A DNA stretch of 64,000 nt from Candidatus Aminicenantes bacterium (GTDB taxonomy: Bacteria; Acidobacteriota; Aminicenantia; Aminicenantales; Saccharicenantaceae), in assembly GCA_963773685.1 (NCBI GenBank), contig CAVZBY010000005.1, positions 72,709 to 136,708 of the forward strand, in the 5' to 3' direction. Under the pieces are notes generated by a model that did no database searches, was not told the DNA's origin, and saw only the letters and a list, made by a program, of their open reading frames with translations. The position numbers were made by a program, and so were the translations under genes. Of this stretch, positions 29,820 through 39,090 are shown piece after piece; position 1 is the stretch's first letter, and every line of letters begins with the position of its first letter.

Positions 29820-30701
29820 ATGAAATACGAGATCAAGAACGTCCTGTGGGCGACCGACTTTTCCCGGGAGGCGGCCGACGCCCTGGCCTACGCGGATCTG
29901 TTCGCGCGCAAGTGCGGCGCCCGGATCTCCGCCGTCCATATCGTCCCGGAGATGGGGCCGGCGCTCCTCGAGGCGAGGCCCGCCTATATGGAGGAGGTCT
30001 TCCTCCAGGTGCAGGACAACAAGGAGAAGGCCGCGAAGAAGCTCGCCGATCTGGCCGGCAAGAAGGGGCTCGCGTTCGCCAAGGTCCTCATCGAGTCCGG
30101 CTCGCCGGTCAAGAAGATCATCGAGATCGCGGGCCGGGAGAAGGCCGACCTCATCGTTATGGGCAAGCGCGGACAGTCGACTCTGGAGAAGGTCCTCGTC
30201 GGGAGCGTCGCCAACGGCGTCCTGCGCCACGCCCCGGCCCCCGTCCTCTTCGCGGGGAAGAAGCGCCTGCGCCCGCAGATCAGGAAGATCCTCGTTCCCA
30301 CGGATTTCTCCAAGCGCGAGGAGGTCGAGCGCGACTTCGCCTGGGAGCTGGCGTCGACGTTCGGCGCGGACCTGACGCTCCTTCACGTGCTGGCGCTCTA
30401 CAACTACCGCGTCGGCGCGGAAACCGCCGAGGCCATGCTCCGGGACGTCCTGGCGCGGCTGAAGAAGCGCGAGATCCGCGAGCGGAAGAACTTCAAGGTC
30501 TCCGAGGAGGTCATCCGCGATTTCAACGCCGCGGCCGGGATCGTCAACTATGCCCAGAGCAAGAGGTTCGACCTGATCGCCATCTCGACCTACACCCACA
30601 CGAAGCTCGGCCGGTTCTTCCTCGGCAGCAACACGGAACGGGTCATCTCGCTTTCGGACGTTCCGGTCTTCGCCGTCCCGGGGGCCTGCACCGAAGAGTG
30701 A
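29820..30701 (+). CDS. universal stress protein (tandem UspA domains)
   Basis: 293 aa with two Usp repeats, each ending in a G-x2-G-x9-G(S/T)-type motif (MGKRGQSTLEKVLVGSVANGVLRHAPAPVL; STYTHTKLGRFFLGSNTERVISLSDVPVF). Confidence 0.85.
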   Translation: MKYEIKNVLWATDFSREAADALAYADLFARKCGARISAVHIVPEMGPALLEARPAYMEEVFLQVQDNKEKAAKKLADLAGKKGLAFAKVLIESGSPVKKIIEIAGREKADLIVMGKRGQSTLEKVLVGSVANGVLRHAPAPVLFAGKKRLRPQIRKILVPTDFSKREEVERDFAWELASTFGADLTLLHVLALYNYRVGAETAEAMLRDVLARLKKREIRERKNFKVSEEVIRDFNAAAGIVNYAQSKRFDLIAISTYTHTKLGRFFLGSNTERVISLSDVPVFAVPGACTEE

Positions 30702-30707
30702 GCGGAT

Positions 30708-31808
30708 GTGGACGACCGCCGCGTTCCCTGGATCGCGCTCAATGCGGCCGTCTGCGAGTGCCCGAGAGCGGCGCGGATCGTCCTGAAGGCGTTCCCGGAG
30801 GTCGAGGAGGTCTTCGCCGCCGGAGAGGGGAGCCTTGTCGCGCTCGGCGTCCGGGGGGACGTCGCGCGGAGGCTCGCGGCGCCCGGCGCCCGCGACGCGG
30901 CCAGGGGGGAACTTGAGAAACTCGAGGAAAAGGCCTATAGTATCTTGACTTTCGAGGATGCCGCGTACCCGCCGCTCCTCCGGGAGATCTACGACCCTCC
31001 CCTCGTCCTTTACGTCTCGGGGCGGCCGGAGACGCTCGCGGGGCCGGCGGTCGGGATCGTCGGGGCCCGGCGTCCGACCCCGTACGGGCGGGCGATGGCC
31101 CGCCGGCTGGCCGGGGACCTGGCTTCGCGGGGACTCGTCGTCGTGAGCGGATTCGCCCGGGGCATAGATACGTGCGCCCACTCGGGCGCGGTCGAGGCCG
31201 GCGGCCGGACGGTGGCCGTGCTCGGCTCCGGGCTCGACGAGATCTATCCGCCGGAGAACCGGAATCTCGCGGCGAAGGTCGGGGAAACGGGGGCCGTCGT
31301 GACGGAGCTTCCCCTCGGAGCGCCGCCGCTCGGGTTCCACTTCCCGCTCCGGAACCGGATCATCGCCGGACTGGGGACGGGGGTGGTGGTCGTCGAGGCC
31401 GCCCGGCAAAGCGGTTCGCTGATCACGGCCCGGCTGGCCCTCGAAGAGAACCGCGAGGTGATGGCCGTCCCGGGCAACGTGACGTCCGGACTGAGCGAGG
31501 GGACGAACGGGCTCATCCGGTGGGGAGCGCGTCTCGTCGAAGATTGGGAGGATGTGGCCGAGGGCCTGCCCGCCCCGCTCCGCGACGAGGTCCTCGCGCG
31601 GCGGGCGGAGGAGGCTCCGGCGATCGTCCTTACGGAGGCGGAGAAGGCGGTCCTCGGGGCCGTGCCCGCGGACGCGGAGGTCCATGTGGACGCCCTGGCG
31701 GAGCGGACGGATCTCTCGGTCTCGGAGCTTTTGGGAACGCTCCTCGGCCTGGAGCTGAAGGGGCTGGTCGTCCAGAACCCGGGAAAGAATTTTCAGAGGA
31801 GAATGTAA
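30708..31808 (+). CDS. dprA: DNA-processing protein DprA (Smf)
   Basis: GIVGARRPTPYG...VVSGFARGIDTCAHSGA...FPLRNRIIAGL...VVVEAARQSGSLITA; GTG start. Confidence 0.9.
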   Translation: MDDRRVPWIALNAAVCECPRAARIVLKAFPEVEEVFAAGEGSLVALGVRGDVARRLAAPGARDAARGELEKLEEKAYSILTFEDAAYPPLLREIYDPPLVLYVSGRPETLAGPAVGIVGARRPTPYGRAMARRLAGDLASRGLVVVSGFARGIDTCAHSGAVEAGGRTVAVLGSGLDEIYPPENRNLAAKVGETGAVVTELPLGAPPLGFHFPLRNRIIAGLGTGVVVVEAARQSGSLITARLALEENREVMAVPGNVTSGLSEGTNGLIRWGARLVEDWEDVAEGLPAPLRDEVLARRAEEAPAIVLTEAEKAVLGAVPADAEVHVDALAERTDLSVSELLGTLLGLELKGLVVQNPGKNFQRRM

Positions 31809-34088
31809 GTGTCGCGATCGCTGGTCATCGTGGAATCGCCGGCCAAGGCGAAAACCATCAATCATTACCTGGGTTCGGGATACATCGTCAAGGCCTCCAT
31901 GGGCCATGTCCGGGACCTTCCCAAGAGCAAGATGGGGGTCGACGTCGAGCACGATTTCGCGCCCACCTACCAGGTCATCCCCGACAAGAAGAAGATCGTC
32001 GCCGAGCTGAAGAAGCTGGCCGCCGAGAGCGAGAGCATCATCCTGGCGGCCGACAACGACCGCGAAGGCGAGGCCATCTCCTGGCATCTCCGCGAGCTCA
32101 TCGGGGCCGAGAACCCGAAGGTCTTCCGGGCCGTCTTCAACGAGATCACCGAGGACGGCATCAAGAAGGCGTTCGAGCATCTCGGCGGGCTCGACATGCC
32201 CAAGATCGAGGCCCAGCAGACCCGGCGCATCCTCGACCGGCTCGTCGGATACCTCATCAGCCCGCTCCTCTGGAAGAAGATCGGCCGCGGCCTGAGCGCC
32301 GGCCGGGTCCAGTCGGTCGCCCTGCGGCTCATCTGCGACCGGGAGAAGGAGATCCGGGCCTTCGTCCCCGAGGAGTTCTGGAACGTCTCGGCCAGGCTCC
32401 GGGCGGCCAATCCGCCCGAGTTCAAGGCGGCTCTGGCGAAGATCGACGGCAAGAAGGCCAAGGTCGCGAACAAGGAGCAGGCCGACGCCGTCCTGGACGC
32501 CTGCAGGAAGGCGCCCTTCGTCCTCGAGGCGATCAAGGTCGAGGAGAAGCGGAAGACGCCGCTCCCTCCCTACATCACGAGCTCGCTCCAGCAGGACGCG
32601 TTCCGCCTCCTCCACTATCCGGTCAAGAAGACGATGTTCGTCGCCCAGAAGCTCTACGAGGGGCTGGAGATCGGCGAGCTCGGACAGACGGGGCTCATCA
32701 CCTACATGAGGACCGATTCGTTCCGCATCGCGGACGAGGCGCGGGGCGCGGCCCGGTCGTACATCGAGCGGACCTGGTCCCCGGCCTACGTCCCGTCCAA
32801 GCCCAACGTCTACAAGAACAAGAAGAAGGCCCAGGACGCCCATGAGGCCATCCGCCCGGCTCACCTCGACCTGCCGCCCGACAAGGTCAAGGAATACCTC
32901 AAGAAAGAGGAATACGACCTCTACAAGCTCGTCTGGAACAGGTTCATCGCCTCCCAGATGGCCCCGGCCGTCGTCGAGGAGACCGACTTCGACATCCGGG
33001 CCGCGAACTATCTCTTCAAGGCCAAGGGCGAGGTCCTCAAGTTCGAGGGCTTCCTGGCCGTGGCCCCGAACGGGAACGGGGACATGGACATCCTGCCCAA
33101 GGCGTTCGAGGGGGAGGTCCTGGCGCTCGTCGACGGCGAGGCCGGCGTCGAGGCCAAGCAGAGCTTCACCCAGGGGCCCGCCCGGTACACCGAGGGCACG
33201 CTGGTCAAGGAGCTGGAGGCCAAGGGCATCGGCCGGCCGAGCACCTACGCGCCCATCATCGCGACCCTCCAGAACCGGGTCTATGTCTCCCGGGACAAGG
33301 GCAAGTTCATCCCGACGGATCTGGGCATGGTCGTCACGGAATTCCTGGTCACGCACTTCCCCGAGCTCCTGGACGTGACCTTCACGGCCCGGATGGAGGA
33401 GGAGCTCGACCAGATCGGCGACGGCGAGCGGCCCTGGCTCGAGAGCCTCCGGGAGTATTACGCCGTCCTCGAAAAGTCCCTGAAGGCGGGCGGCGAGGCC
33501 GAGGACCTCAAGAGGACCGGCATCCCCATCGAAGAGAAGTGCCCCAAGTGCGGCAAGGACATGGTCATCAAGTCGGGGCGCTTCGGCCGGTTCAAGGCCT
33601 GCTCCGGCTATCCGGAGTGCACCCACAAGGAGGCCCTGGTCAAGAAGGAGACGAAGCCGCTCGACGAGAAATGCCCCCAATGCGGCGCTCCCCTCGTCAT
33701 CAAGTTCGGCCGCTTCGGCTCGTTCATCGCCTGTTCCTCCTACCCGAAGTGCAAGTACATCCAGAAGGACAAGGTCGACACCGGGATCGCCTGCCCCGAG
33801 GGATGCGGCGGCACCCTCGTCCGCCGGAAGACGCGCCGGGGCAAGTACTTCTTCGGCTGCAGCCTTTACCCGAAGTGCAAGTACGCGACGTGGGACGAGC
33901 CGGTGGCCAAGGCCTGCCCGTTATGCGGGCGGGCGTCCATCCTGAAGAAGAACTCCATCAAGGGCGATCCCTACCTCTATTGTCCGAACGAAAAATGCAC
34001 CTACAAGGAGATCGTCCCGCGGGAGAAGCTCTGGGAGCAGGACAAGGAGGGGCCCTCCGCCCCGCCGGCCGATGAGAAAAGCGATTGA
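31809..34088 (+). CDS. topA: DNA topoisomerase I (type IA) with four C-terminal zinc ribbons
   Basis: LVIVESPAKAKTI TOPRIM start, DNDREGEAISWH, the active-site region ITYMRTDS, and four CxxC...CxxC ribbons at the C-terminus; 759 aa. Confidence 0.95.
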   Translation: MSRSLVIVESPAKAKTINHYLGSGYIVKASMGHVRDLPKSKMGVDVEHDFAPTYQVIPDKKKIVAELKKLAAESESIILAADNDREGEAISWHLRELIGAENPKVFRAVFNEITEDGIKKAFEHLGGLDMPKIEAQQTRRILDRLVGYLISPLLWKKIGRGLSAGRVQSVALRLICDREKEIRAFVPEEFWNVSARLRAANPPEFKAALAKIDGKKAKVANKEQADAVLDACRKAPFVLEAIKVEEKRKTPLPPYITSSLQQDAFRLLHYPVKKTMFVAQKLYEGLEIGELGQTGLITYMRTDSFRIADEARGAARSYIERTWSPAYVPSKPNVYKNKKKAQDAHEAIRPAHLDLPPDKVKEYLKKEEYDLYKLVWNRFIASQMAPAVVEETDFDIRAANYLFKAKGEVLKFEGFLAVAPNGNGDMDILPKAFEGEVLALVDGEAGVEAKQSFTQGPARYTEGTLVKELEAKGIGRPSTYAPIIATLQNRVYVSRDKGKFIPTDLGMVVTEFLVTHFPELLDVTFTARMEEELDQIGDGERPWLESLREYYAVLEKSLKAGGEAEDLKRTGIPIEEKCPKCGKDMVIKSGRFGRFKACSGYPECTHKEALVKKETKPLDEKCPQCGAPLVIKFGRFGSFIACSSYPKCKYIQKDKVDTGIACPEGCGGTLVRRKTRRGKYFFGCSLYPKCKYATWDEPVAKACPLCGRASILKKNSIKGDPYLYCPNEKCTYKEIVPREKLWEQDKEGPSAPPADEKSD

Positions 34089-34957
34089 GGAGTTTCTCGC
34101 CCATCTCGAACACGAGAGGAACGCCTCCCCCCATACCGTCGCCGCCTACGGCCGGGACCTCGGCCAGCTCGCCGCCTACCTCGATGAGGCCCGGGCCGGC
34201 TGGAAGACCGCCGATAACGTCGTCCTGCGCGGCTTCCTCGCCCGCCTTTACGAAGGCCGGCGGAAGAAAACGTCCATAGGCCGCAAGCTCGCGGCCATAC
34301 GCTCCTTCTATGATTATGCGGTGCGGCGGAAATGGCTCGCCGACGAATCCCGCCCGGGTCCTGGCGACCCCGCGCGCCGAGAAGCGGGTGCCGTCGTTCC
34401 TTTCCGAGGACGAGATGGCCCGATTCCTGGACCTCCCTTCCTCCGACCGTCCCCTCGACCTCAGGGACAAGGCCCTCCTCGAGCTCCTCTACGCTTCCGG
34501 GATCCGGGTCGGCGAGCTCGTGGCCATCGATCTCGCCGACGTGGGCTTCGCCGAGCGTCTCGTCCGGGTGAGAGGCAAGGGCAAGAAGGAGCGTCTTGTC
34601 CCGTTCGGCCGTTCGGCCGCGGCGTCGCTCGAGGCCTGGCGCCGGGTCCGGGTCGAAGGGCCGCGGGAGCGGGCCGACGCGGACGCCCTCTTCCTCAATT
34701 ACCGGGGAGGGCGGCTGACGTCGCGCTCCGTGGAACGGATCGTCGCGAAGTACATCCGGCGGACCGCCGTCGCCCGGCATATCAGCCCCCACTCGCTCCG
34801 CCATTCGTTCGCTTCGCATCTCCTCGGCCGCGGGGCCGATCTCCGGACCATCCAGGAGCTCCTCGGGCACGCGAGCCTCGCCACCACCCAGAAGTACACG
34901 CACATGGATCTCAAACAGCTCCTCGACGTCTATCGAAAAAGCCATCCGAGATCATAA
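34072..34957 (+). CDS. xerC: site-specific tyrosine recombinase XerC/XerD family, interrupted by a frameshift near 34344-34347
   Basis: N-terminal SAM-like domain MRKAIEEFLAHLEHERNASPHTVAAYGRDL... (ORF 34072-). The catalytic domain in ORF 34310-34957 has ...RVRGKGKKERLVP..., HSLRHSFASHLL and LLGHASLATTQKYTH. Lies in dprA-topA-xerC synteny. Confidence 0.9.
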
Positions 34958-35002
34958 GGTTAGGATCGCCTTCGAAGGACTCAGGGGCATCCCTTGTTAC
35001 GG

Positions 35003-35227
35003 CGCCGGCTGGGAATATAGCTCAGACGGGACGGCCTCGCTCCCGGTCGGAGGGCGCGGAGGCCGCCCCTTGACCCCAGACCCAGGAACCTCTTCGGGTT
35101 CCCCCATCGCAAGAGCGATGGGCCCCCTTCCCAACTGGGTTTACGGGGCGACGCTCCTTGCCCTATTTTGATGGTTGGCCTTTGATCCCGTCCGCTCGCC
35201 CGCTCCCGTCTGAGCCTCCAGCCGGCG
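35003..35227. other. 225-nt highly structured element (candidate ncRNA or MITE); strand undetermined
   Basis: The ends pair perfectly: CGCCGGCTGG/CCAGCCGGCG (10 bp) and GCTCAGACGGGA/TCCCGTCTGAGC (12 bp). Internal nested hairpins are GGAACC-tcttcg-GGTTCC, CCCATCGC-aaga-GCGATGGG and CCCAG...CTGGG, plus GCCCC...GGGGC enclosing them. Confidence 0.5.
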
Positions 35228-35346
35228 AATTCTAACGATATTCGGATATCCCCTGCGACCTTTTCGACGATTCCCGTTTTCCTTAAGAGCCGCTTAAGTT
35301 CGTTCGGGGACCGGGCAACGGCTTTTTACGCAACGAGACGACGTTG

Positions 35347-35371
35347 GAGGAGGGGGGAGGCCCCCCTCCTC
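35347..35371 (-). terminator. strong GC hairpin 10 nt downstream of the comEA stop (no U-tract)
   Basis: GAGGAGGGGGG-agg-CCCCCCTCCTC, a perfect 11-bp stem. Confidence 0.4.
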
Positions 35372-35381
35372 ATGATTCGCG

Positions 35382-35684
35382 CTAATTCGTGCCTACCGTG
35401 ATCAGGTCCTTGAGCTGGTTGAAGAGCTTCTCGCCCACGCCTTTGACCTTCATGATCTCCTCGATCTTCTTGAAGGCCCCGTTCTTCGTCCGGAAATCGA
35501 CGATCTCGCGGGCGATCTTGGGACCGATGCGGGGAAGGCCCTCGAGCTCCGATTGCGAGGCCGTGTTGATGTTGACCTTGGGGCCGGAAGCCGCGGGCGT
35601 CTCGGCGAAGGCCCAGGAGAAGGTCAGGACGACGAGCGCCAGGACGAGGCCCAGCGCGGTTACGGTGATGCGACGGTTTTTCAT
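35382..35684 (-). CDS. comEA: ComEA-family helix-hairpin-helix DNA-binding protein
   Basis: Start MKNRRITVTALGLVLALVV (ATG at 35684 after the RBS AGGAGG). VNINTASQSELEGLPRIGPKIAREIVDFRTKNGAFKKIEEIMKVKGVGEKL is the HhH motif. Confidence 0.85.
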   Translation of the reverse strand: MKNRRITVTALGLVLALVVLTFSWAFAETPAASGPKVNINTASQSELEGLPRIGPKIAREIVDFRTKNGAFKKIEEIMKVKGVGEKLFNQLKDLITVGTN

Positions 35685-35879
35685 GAAAACCTCCTTTCGA
35701 CCCTTTCCTATGCGGATCCCGGGCCAAAAGAGGTTGACATGCAATGTCTTTAAATACAACGATATGCGAATAGGTTCGGTCGGCCCCGGGTCAATGGAGG
35801 TTCACGTTCGGGACGCCTGGGGATAACCGGGGTTGACCGTGACCCGAAGCCGGGAAGCCCGGCCGCCGGCCAGGAGCCG

Positions 35880-36500
35880 CTAGCGCCCGCCGGCTTCCCT
35901 TCGCAGGACCTTGACCATCTTCCGGAGGGCCCGGCCCCGATGGCTGACCTCGTTCTTGGCCTCGGGCCCGAGCTCGGCGAAGCGCTTCCCCAGGCGCGGA
36001 TAATAGAAGACGGGGTCGTAGCCGAAACCGTTCGAGCCCTTCGGGGTCTCGGCGATGATCCCGCGGACCTCGCCGACGACCTCAGCGACGATCCCGTCGG
36101 GCCCGGAGAGGACCATGGCGCAGACGAACCGGGCCCGGCGCTTCGGGCGCGGGACGTCGCGAAGGAGCCGGAGGACCTTTCGCAGGTTCCTCTCGTCGGT
36201 CGGATCGGGCCGGGCGAAGCGGGCGGAATGAACGCCCGGAGCGCCGCCGAGCGCCTCGACCTCGAGCCCGGAATCCTCGGCCAGGGTCAGCAGGCCCGAC
36301 AGCCGGGCGTAGTGACGGCTCTTGCCGCGGGCGTTTTCCAGGAACGTTCGGCCCCGCTCGCGATAGGAGGCCTTCGGCAGGACTTCGGCCAGGCTGACGA
36401 CCTCGAAGGGAAGACCGGCCAGGGCGCGGCCGATCTCGCGGACCTTCCCGGCGTTGGTCGAGGCGACGAGGAGCTTCGCCCTATTCGATGCGGAGCTCAT
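35880..36500 (-). CDS. rdgB: XTP/dITP diphosphatase (RdgB/HAM1 family)
   Basis: LLVASTNAGKVREI...GAPGVHSARF...GFGYDPVF...SHRGRAL; 206 aa. Confidence 0.9.
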   Translation of the reverse strand: MSSASNRAKLLVASTNAGKVREIGRALAGLPFEVVSLAEVLPKASYRERGRTFLENARGKSRHYARLSGLLTLAEDSGLEVEALGGAPGVHSARFARPDPTDERNLRKVLRLLRDVPRPKRRARFVCAMVLSGPDGIVAEVVGEVRGIIAETPKGSNGFGYDPVFYYPRLGKRFAELGPEAKNEVSHRGRALRKMVKVLRREAGGR

Positions 36501-37128
36501 CGATCTCCCCGAGCGCGAGAAGCCCCTGGTTGAACTCCTGCTCCTTCTCTTCCGAGGCGAGGAAGGTGAAGCTGATGATGCTCCCGTCCTTTTCCTTCTT
36601 CAGGCTCAGCCGCTCGAGCTTGATGCCGTGATGGAAGCCGAGCCGGCGGAGCCCGGACAGGACCTGAGCCGGCTGTCCGACCTTGAGATGGTAATGGTGG
36701 AGGGTCTTGCGGAGGTAGGCGTCCTCGATCCTCCGGAAGAGGATGAGGGTGAACATGATGAGGGCCGTGAGCAGGACGGCCGGCACATAGTAACCGGAGC
36801 CGATGACGAGCCCCAGTCCGGCGACGACCCACAGCGTCGAGGCCGTCGTCAGTCCCGCGACCATTCCCCGGGCGTGGACGATGGTCCCGGCCCCGAGGAA
36901 CCCGATGCCGGTAACGACGCCCGCGGCCATCCGGACGAGGCTGTCGCCCGTCCCCCCTTTCGCCCCGACGAGTCCCGCGGCGAGGCTCATCATCATGGCC
37001 GAGCCGACGCAGACGAGGATGTTGGTCCTGAAGCCGGCCGGCTTCTCCCGGGCCTCCCGTTCCAGGCCGATGAGCCCGCCGAGGGCGATGGCCAGGACGA
37101 GCTTGAGAAGGATGTCGACGAGTTCCAT
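36481..37128 (-). CDS. MgtC/SapB family membrane protein with a C-terminal ACT-like domain
   Basis: LKLVLAIALGGLIGLEREAREKPAGFRTNILVCVGSAMMM; 215 aa; overlaps the rdgB start by 20 nt. Confidence 0.85.
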   Translation of the reverse strand: MELVDILLKLVLAIALGGLIGLEREAREKPAGFRTNILVCVGSAMMMSLAAGLVGAKGGTGDSLVRMAAGVVTGIGFLGAGTIVHARGMVAGLTTASTLWVVAGLGLVIGSGYYVPAVLLTALIMFTLILFRRIEDAYLRKTLHHYHLKVGQPAQVLSGLRRLGFHHGIKLERLSLKKEKDGSIISFTFLASEEKEQEFNQGLLALGEIDELRIE

Positions 37129-37143
37129 GGGGTCCCCCTTTCG

Positions 37144-38028
37144 TCAGTGTCCGTGCCGTCCGAGCAGGAACGCCGCGGCGAAGAGCAGGATGAGGGCGGC
37201 CGTATAAGCGGCGTACTTCGGGCGGGCCAGGAGCTTTTCCGGCTCCTCCATGACCTCCTTCTCGGCCAGGGTCTTGCGGAGGAAGAGGAACAGGTAGAAG
37301 GCCAGGAAGGGCGAAAGCGCATAGAAGCCGTTGAGGCCGTAGGCCGCGGCGAAGGCGAAATAGCCGGCGAAGAGGACGACCGCGCTCGCCCCCATGCCGA
37401 GGAGGAGCGTCCCCCGCGAATAGCGCCGGAGCGAGGCCCGGTAGTCGCCCGCCCGTTCTCCCAGGAACCGGAATTCCGAGAGCCGTTTCGCGACCATCAG
37501 GAAGTTGCCGAAGGCCCACCAGCAGACGAGCAGGCTCCACGGCGGGAAGGCCGGCGCGGCCAGGGCGTACCAGCCGATGAGGAAGCGGATGGGGTTGTTG
37601 ACCGACTCCGAGATGGAATCCAGGAACGGGATGTCCTTGGTCCGGACGGGCTTGAGGTTATAGGCGAAGCCGGCCAGCAGGAGGGCGAGGAGCATGAGAA
37701 AAAAGGTCCGCGAATAAAGGAGACGGGCCAGGGCGAGGCTCGCGCCGGCGAGGATCGCCGCCCAGACGAGGAGAGGCCCCTTGCGGACCGCGCCGCTCGC
37801 GAGCGGCCTCGTCTTCTTCGTCGGATGGTGGACGTCGAACGGCGCGTCGGCGATCTCGTTGATGATGTAGTTGGCCGTCGAGACGGCCCAGGTCAGAAGG
37901 AACGCGCCGGCGACGCGGAGGGCGATCGCGGCCGGGCCGAGACGGGACAGGACGCTCGGATCGAGGACGAAGAGCGCGGCGCTCCCGACCAGGATGGCCG
38001 TACTGCGCGGCCACCGCTCGAGGCGCAT
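37144..38028 (-). CDS. UbiA-family prenyltransferase (decaprenyl-phosphate phosphoribosyltransferase-like)
   Basis: Start MRLERWPRS at 38028. NYIINEIADAPFDVHHPTKKTRPLASG resembles the NxxxDxxxD UbiA motif; polytopic. This is only the C-terminal part of artefactual ORF 37144-39000. Confidence 0.75.
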   Translation of the reverse strand: MRLERWPRSTAILVGSAALFVLDPSVLSRLGPAAIALRVAGAFLLTWAVSTANYIINEIADAPFDVHHPTKKTRPLASGAVRKGPLLVWAAILAGASLALARLLYSRTFFLMLLALLLAGFAYNLKPVRTKDIPFLDSISESVNNPIRFLIGWYALAAPAFPPWSLLVCWWAFGNFLMVAKRLSEFRFLGERAGDYRASLRRYSRGTLLLGMGASAVVLFAGYFAFAAAYGLNGFYALSPFLAFYLFLFLRKTLAEKEVMEEPEKLLARPKYAAYTAALILLFAAAFLLGRHGH

Positions 38029-38045
38029 GGCCTTGGGATAGGGAT

Positions 38046-38964
38046 TCAACGGGGCCCGTCCTTCCGGGCGTAGATCTCGAAGGAATCGCCCAGGGCCAAT
38101 CTTATCGGAATCCGGCCCAAAAAAGAAGCGAGCCGTCCGCTGACAAGGAAACGAAAGGCGGGTTTGCGCGAGGCAAGGTAGCGGGCGCTGAACGTCCAGC
38201 TGTAGGTCCGGCGCCGGACGACCGCGAACCCGGCCCGGCGGAGGAGGGCGTCGAGGCTCTGCCTCGTGAAGTAGGCCAGGTGGGCGGGGCGGAGGTGCCA
38301 CCACGTCCTGCCGGCGAGCCGGGCCGCGACGCTCCGGATGTCCGGGGTTACGATGCACAGGAGGCCGCCCGGACGCAGGACCTCTGCGGCGCGTCGGAGG
38401 GCCTCGTAGGGCCGGGCCGTATGTTCGATGAGATCGACCATCGTCACGACGTCGAAGGAGGCCGGCGGGACCGCCGCGGTCTCGAAGACTCCCGCGCGGA
38501 CGGCGAGCCCGTACCGGTCGCGGGCGAAGGCGACGGCCCAGGCGCTCGGCTCGACGCCGTCGACCTCCCAGCCGCGCTCCCGGGCCAGGTCCATCAGGAT
38601 GCCCGTCGCCGCCCCGACGTCGAAAAGGCGTCCCTTCTCCGGCCGGAGCCGCTCGATCCGGACGAGGACGCGGCGGAAGTTCATCGCCCGCCCCCCGGCT
38701 TCCTCCTCGTAGAGCGGGTCCTCGAGGGCGCCGTAGAGGGACGCGATGAACGCGGGCGTCGGGCAGGGATCGGCGAAGATGTGCCCGCAGTCGCCGCAGC
38801 GGGCGAGGTCCCAGGTCAGACCGTAATGGCTGGTCGGTGATGAGGAAGGCCTCGGGCCTGAGGTCGGACGCGTCGATGGAGCCCTTCTTCCACGGCCGGA
38901 ACCGCGCCCCCCCGCATGCGGGGCAGTGGAGGACCTTTTCGAATCGGGCCGCGTCCGTGGTCAT
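38046..38964 (-). CDS. class I SAM-dependent methyltransferase with N-terminal Cys4 zinc ribbon, interrupted by a frameshift near 38828
   Basis: MTTDAARFEKVLHCPACGGARF...ITDQ, then in the next frame YGLTWDLARCGDCGHIFADPCP...EEAGGRAMNFRRV...LFDVGAATGILMD (motif I) in ORF 38046-38684. Confidence 0.75.
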
Positions 38965-39090
38965 GGTCAGCGCAATTATACACGGGAGGCGAGGGGGCAA
39001 CCAAAGGGTATTTCCAACCGGAGCGGCCTCGGCGCGGAGCCGGGCTTCGTCCTTGACGTCCGTCCCCCGCTTCTCCTATGATGATTTCCG

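Noticed and set aside
29718-33680. 1320-aa ORF on the minus strand, the longest in the ORF track.
   Set aside because: It lies antisense to usp, dprA and topA, all of which have unmistakable family motifs. Its translation is low-complexity Arg/Gly/Asp/Leu/Pro-rich. This is a typical shadow ORF of GC-rich DNA, where stop codons are rare in the antisense frames.
35011-35030. tRNA-like start GGGAATATAGCTCAGACGGG.
   Set aside because: The D-stem has no complementary GAGC, there is no anticodon arm or GTTCRANYC T-loop, and no 3' acceptor complement at tRNA distance. The segment instead pairs with 35196-35217 as part of the 225-nt element.
37144-39000. 618-aa ORF that looks like a single large protein.
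   Set aside because: It is a composite. The first about 45 aa are the N-terminus of the Zn-ribbon methyltransferase. The middle is Arg/Pro-rich out-of-frame read-through across the methyltransferase body. Only the last 294 aa, from MRLERWPRS at 38028, are the UbiA-family protein.
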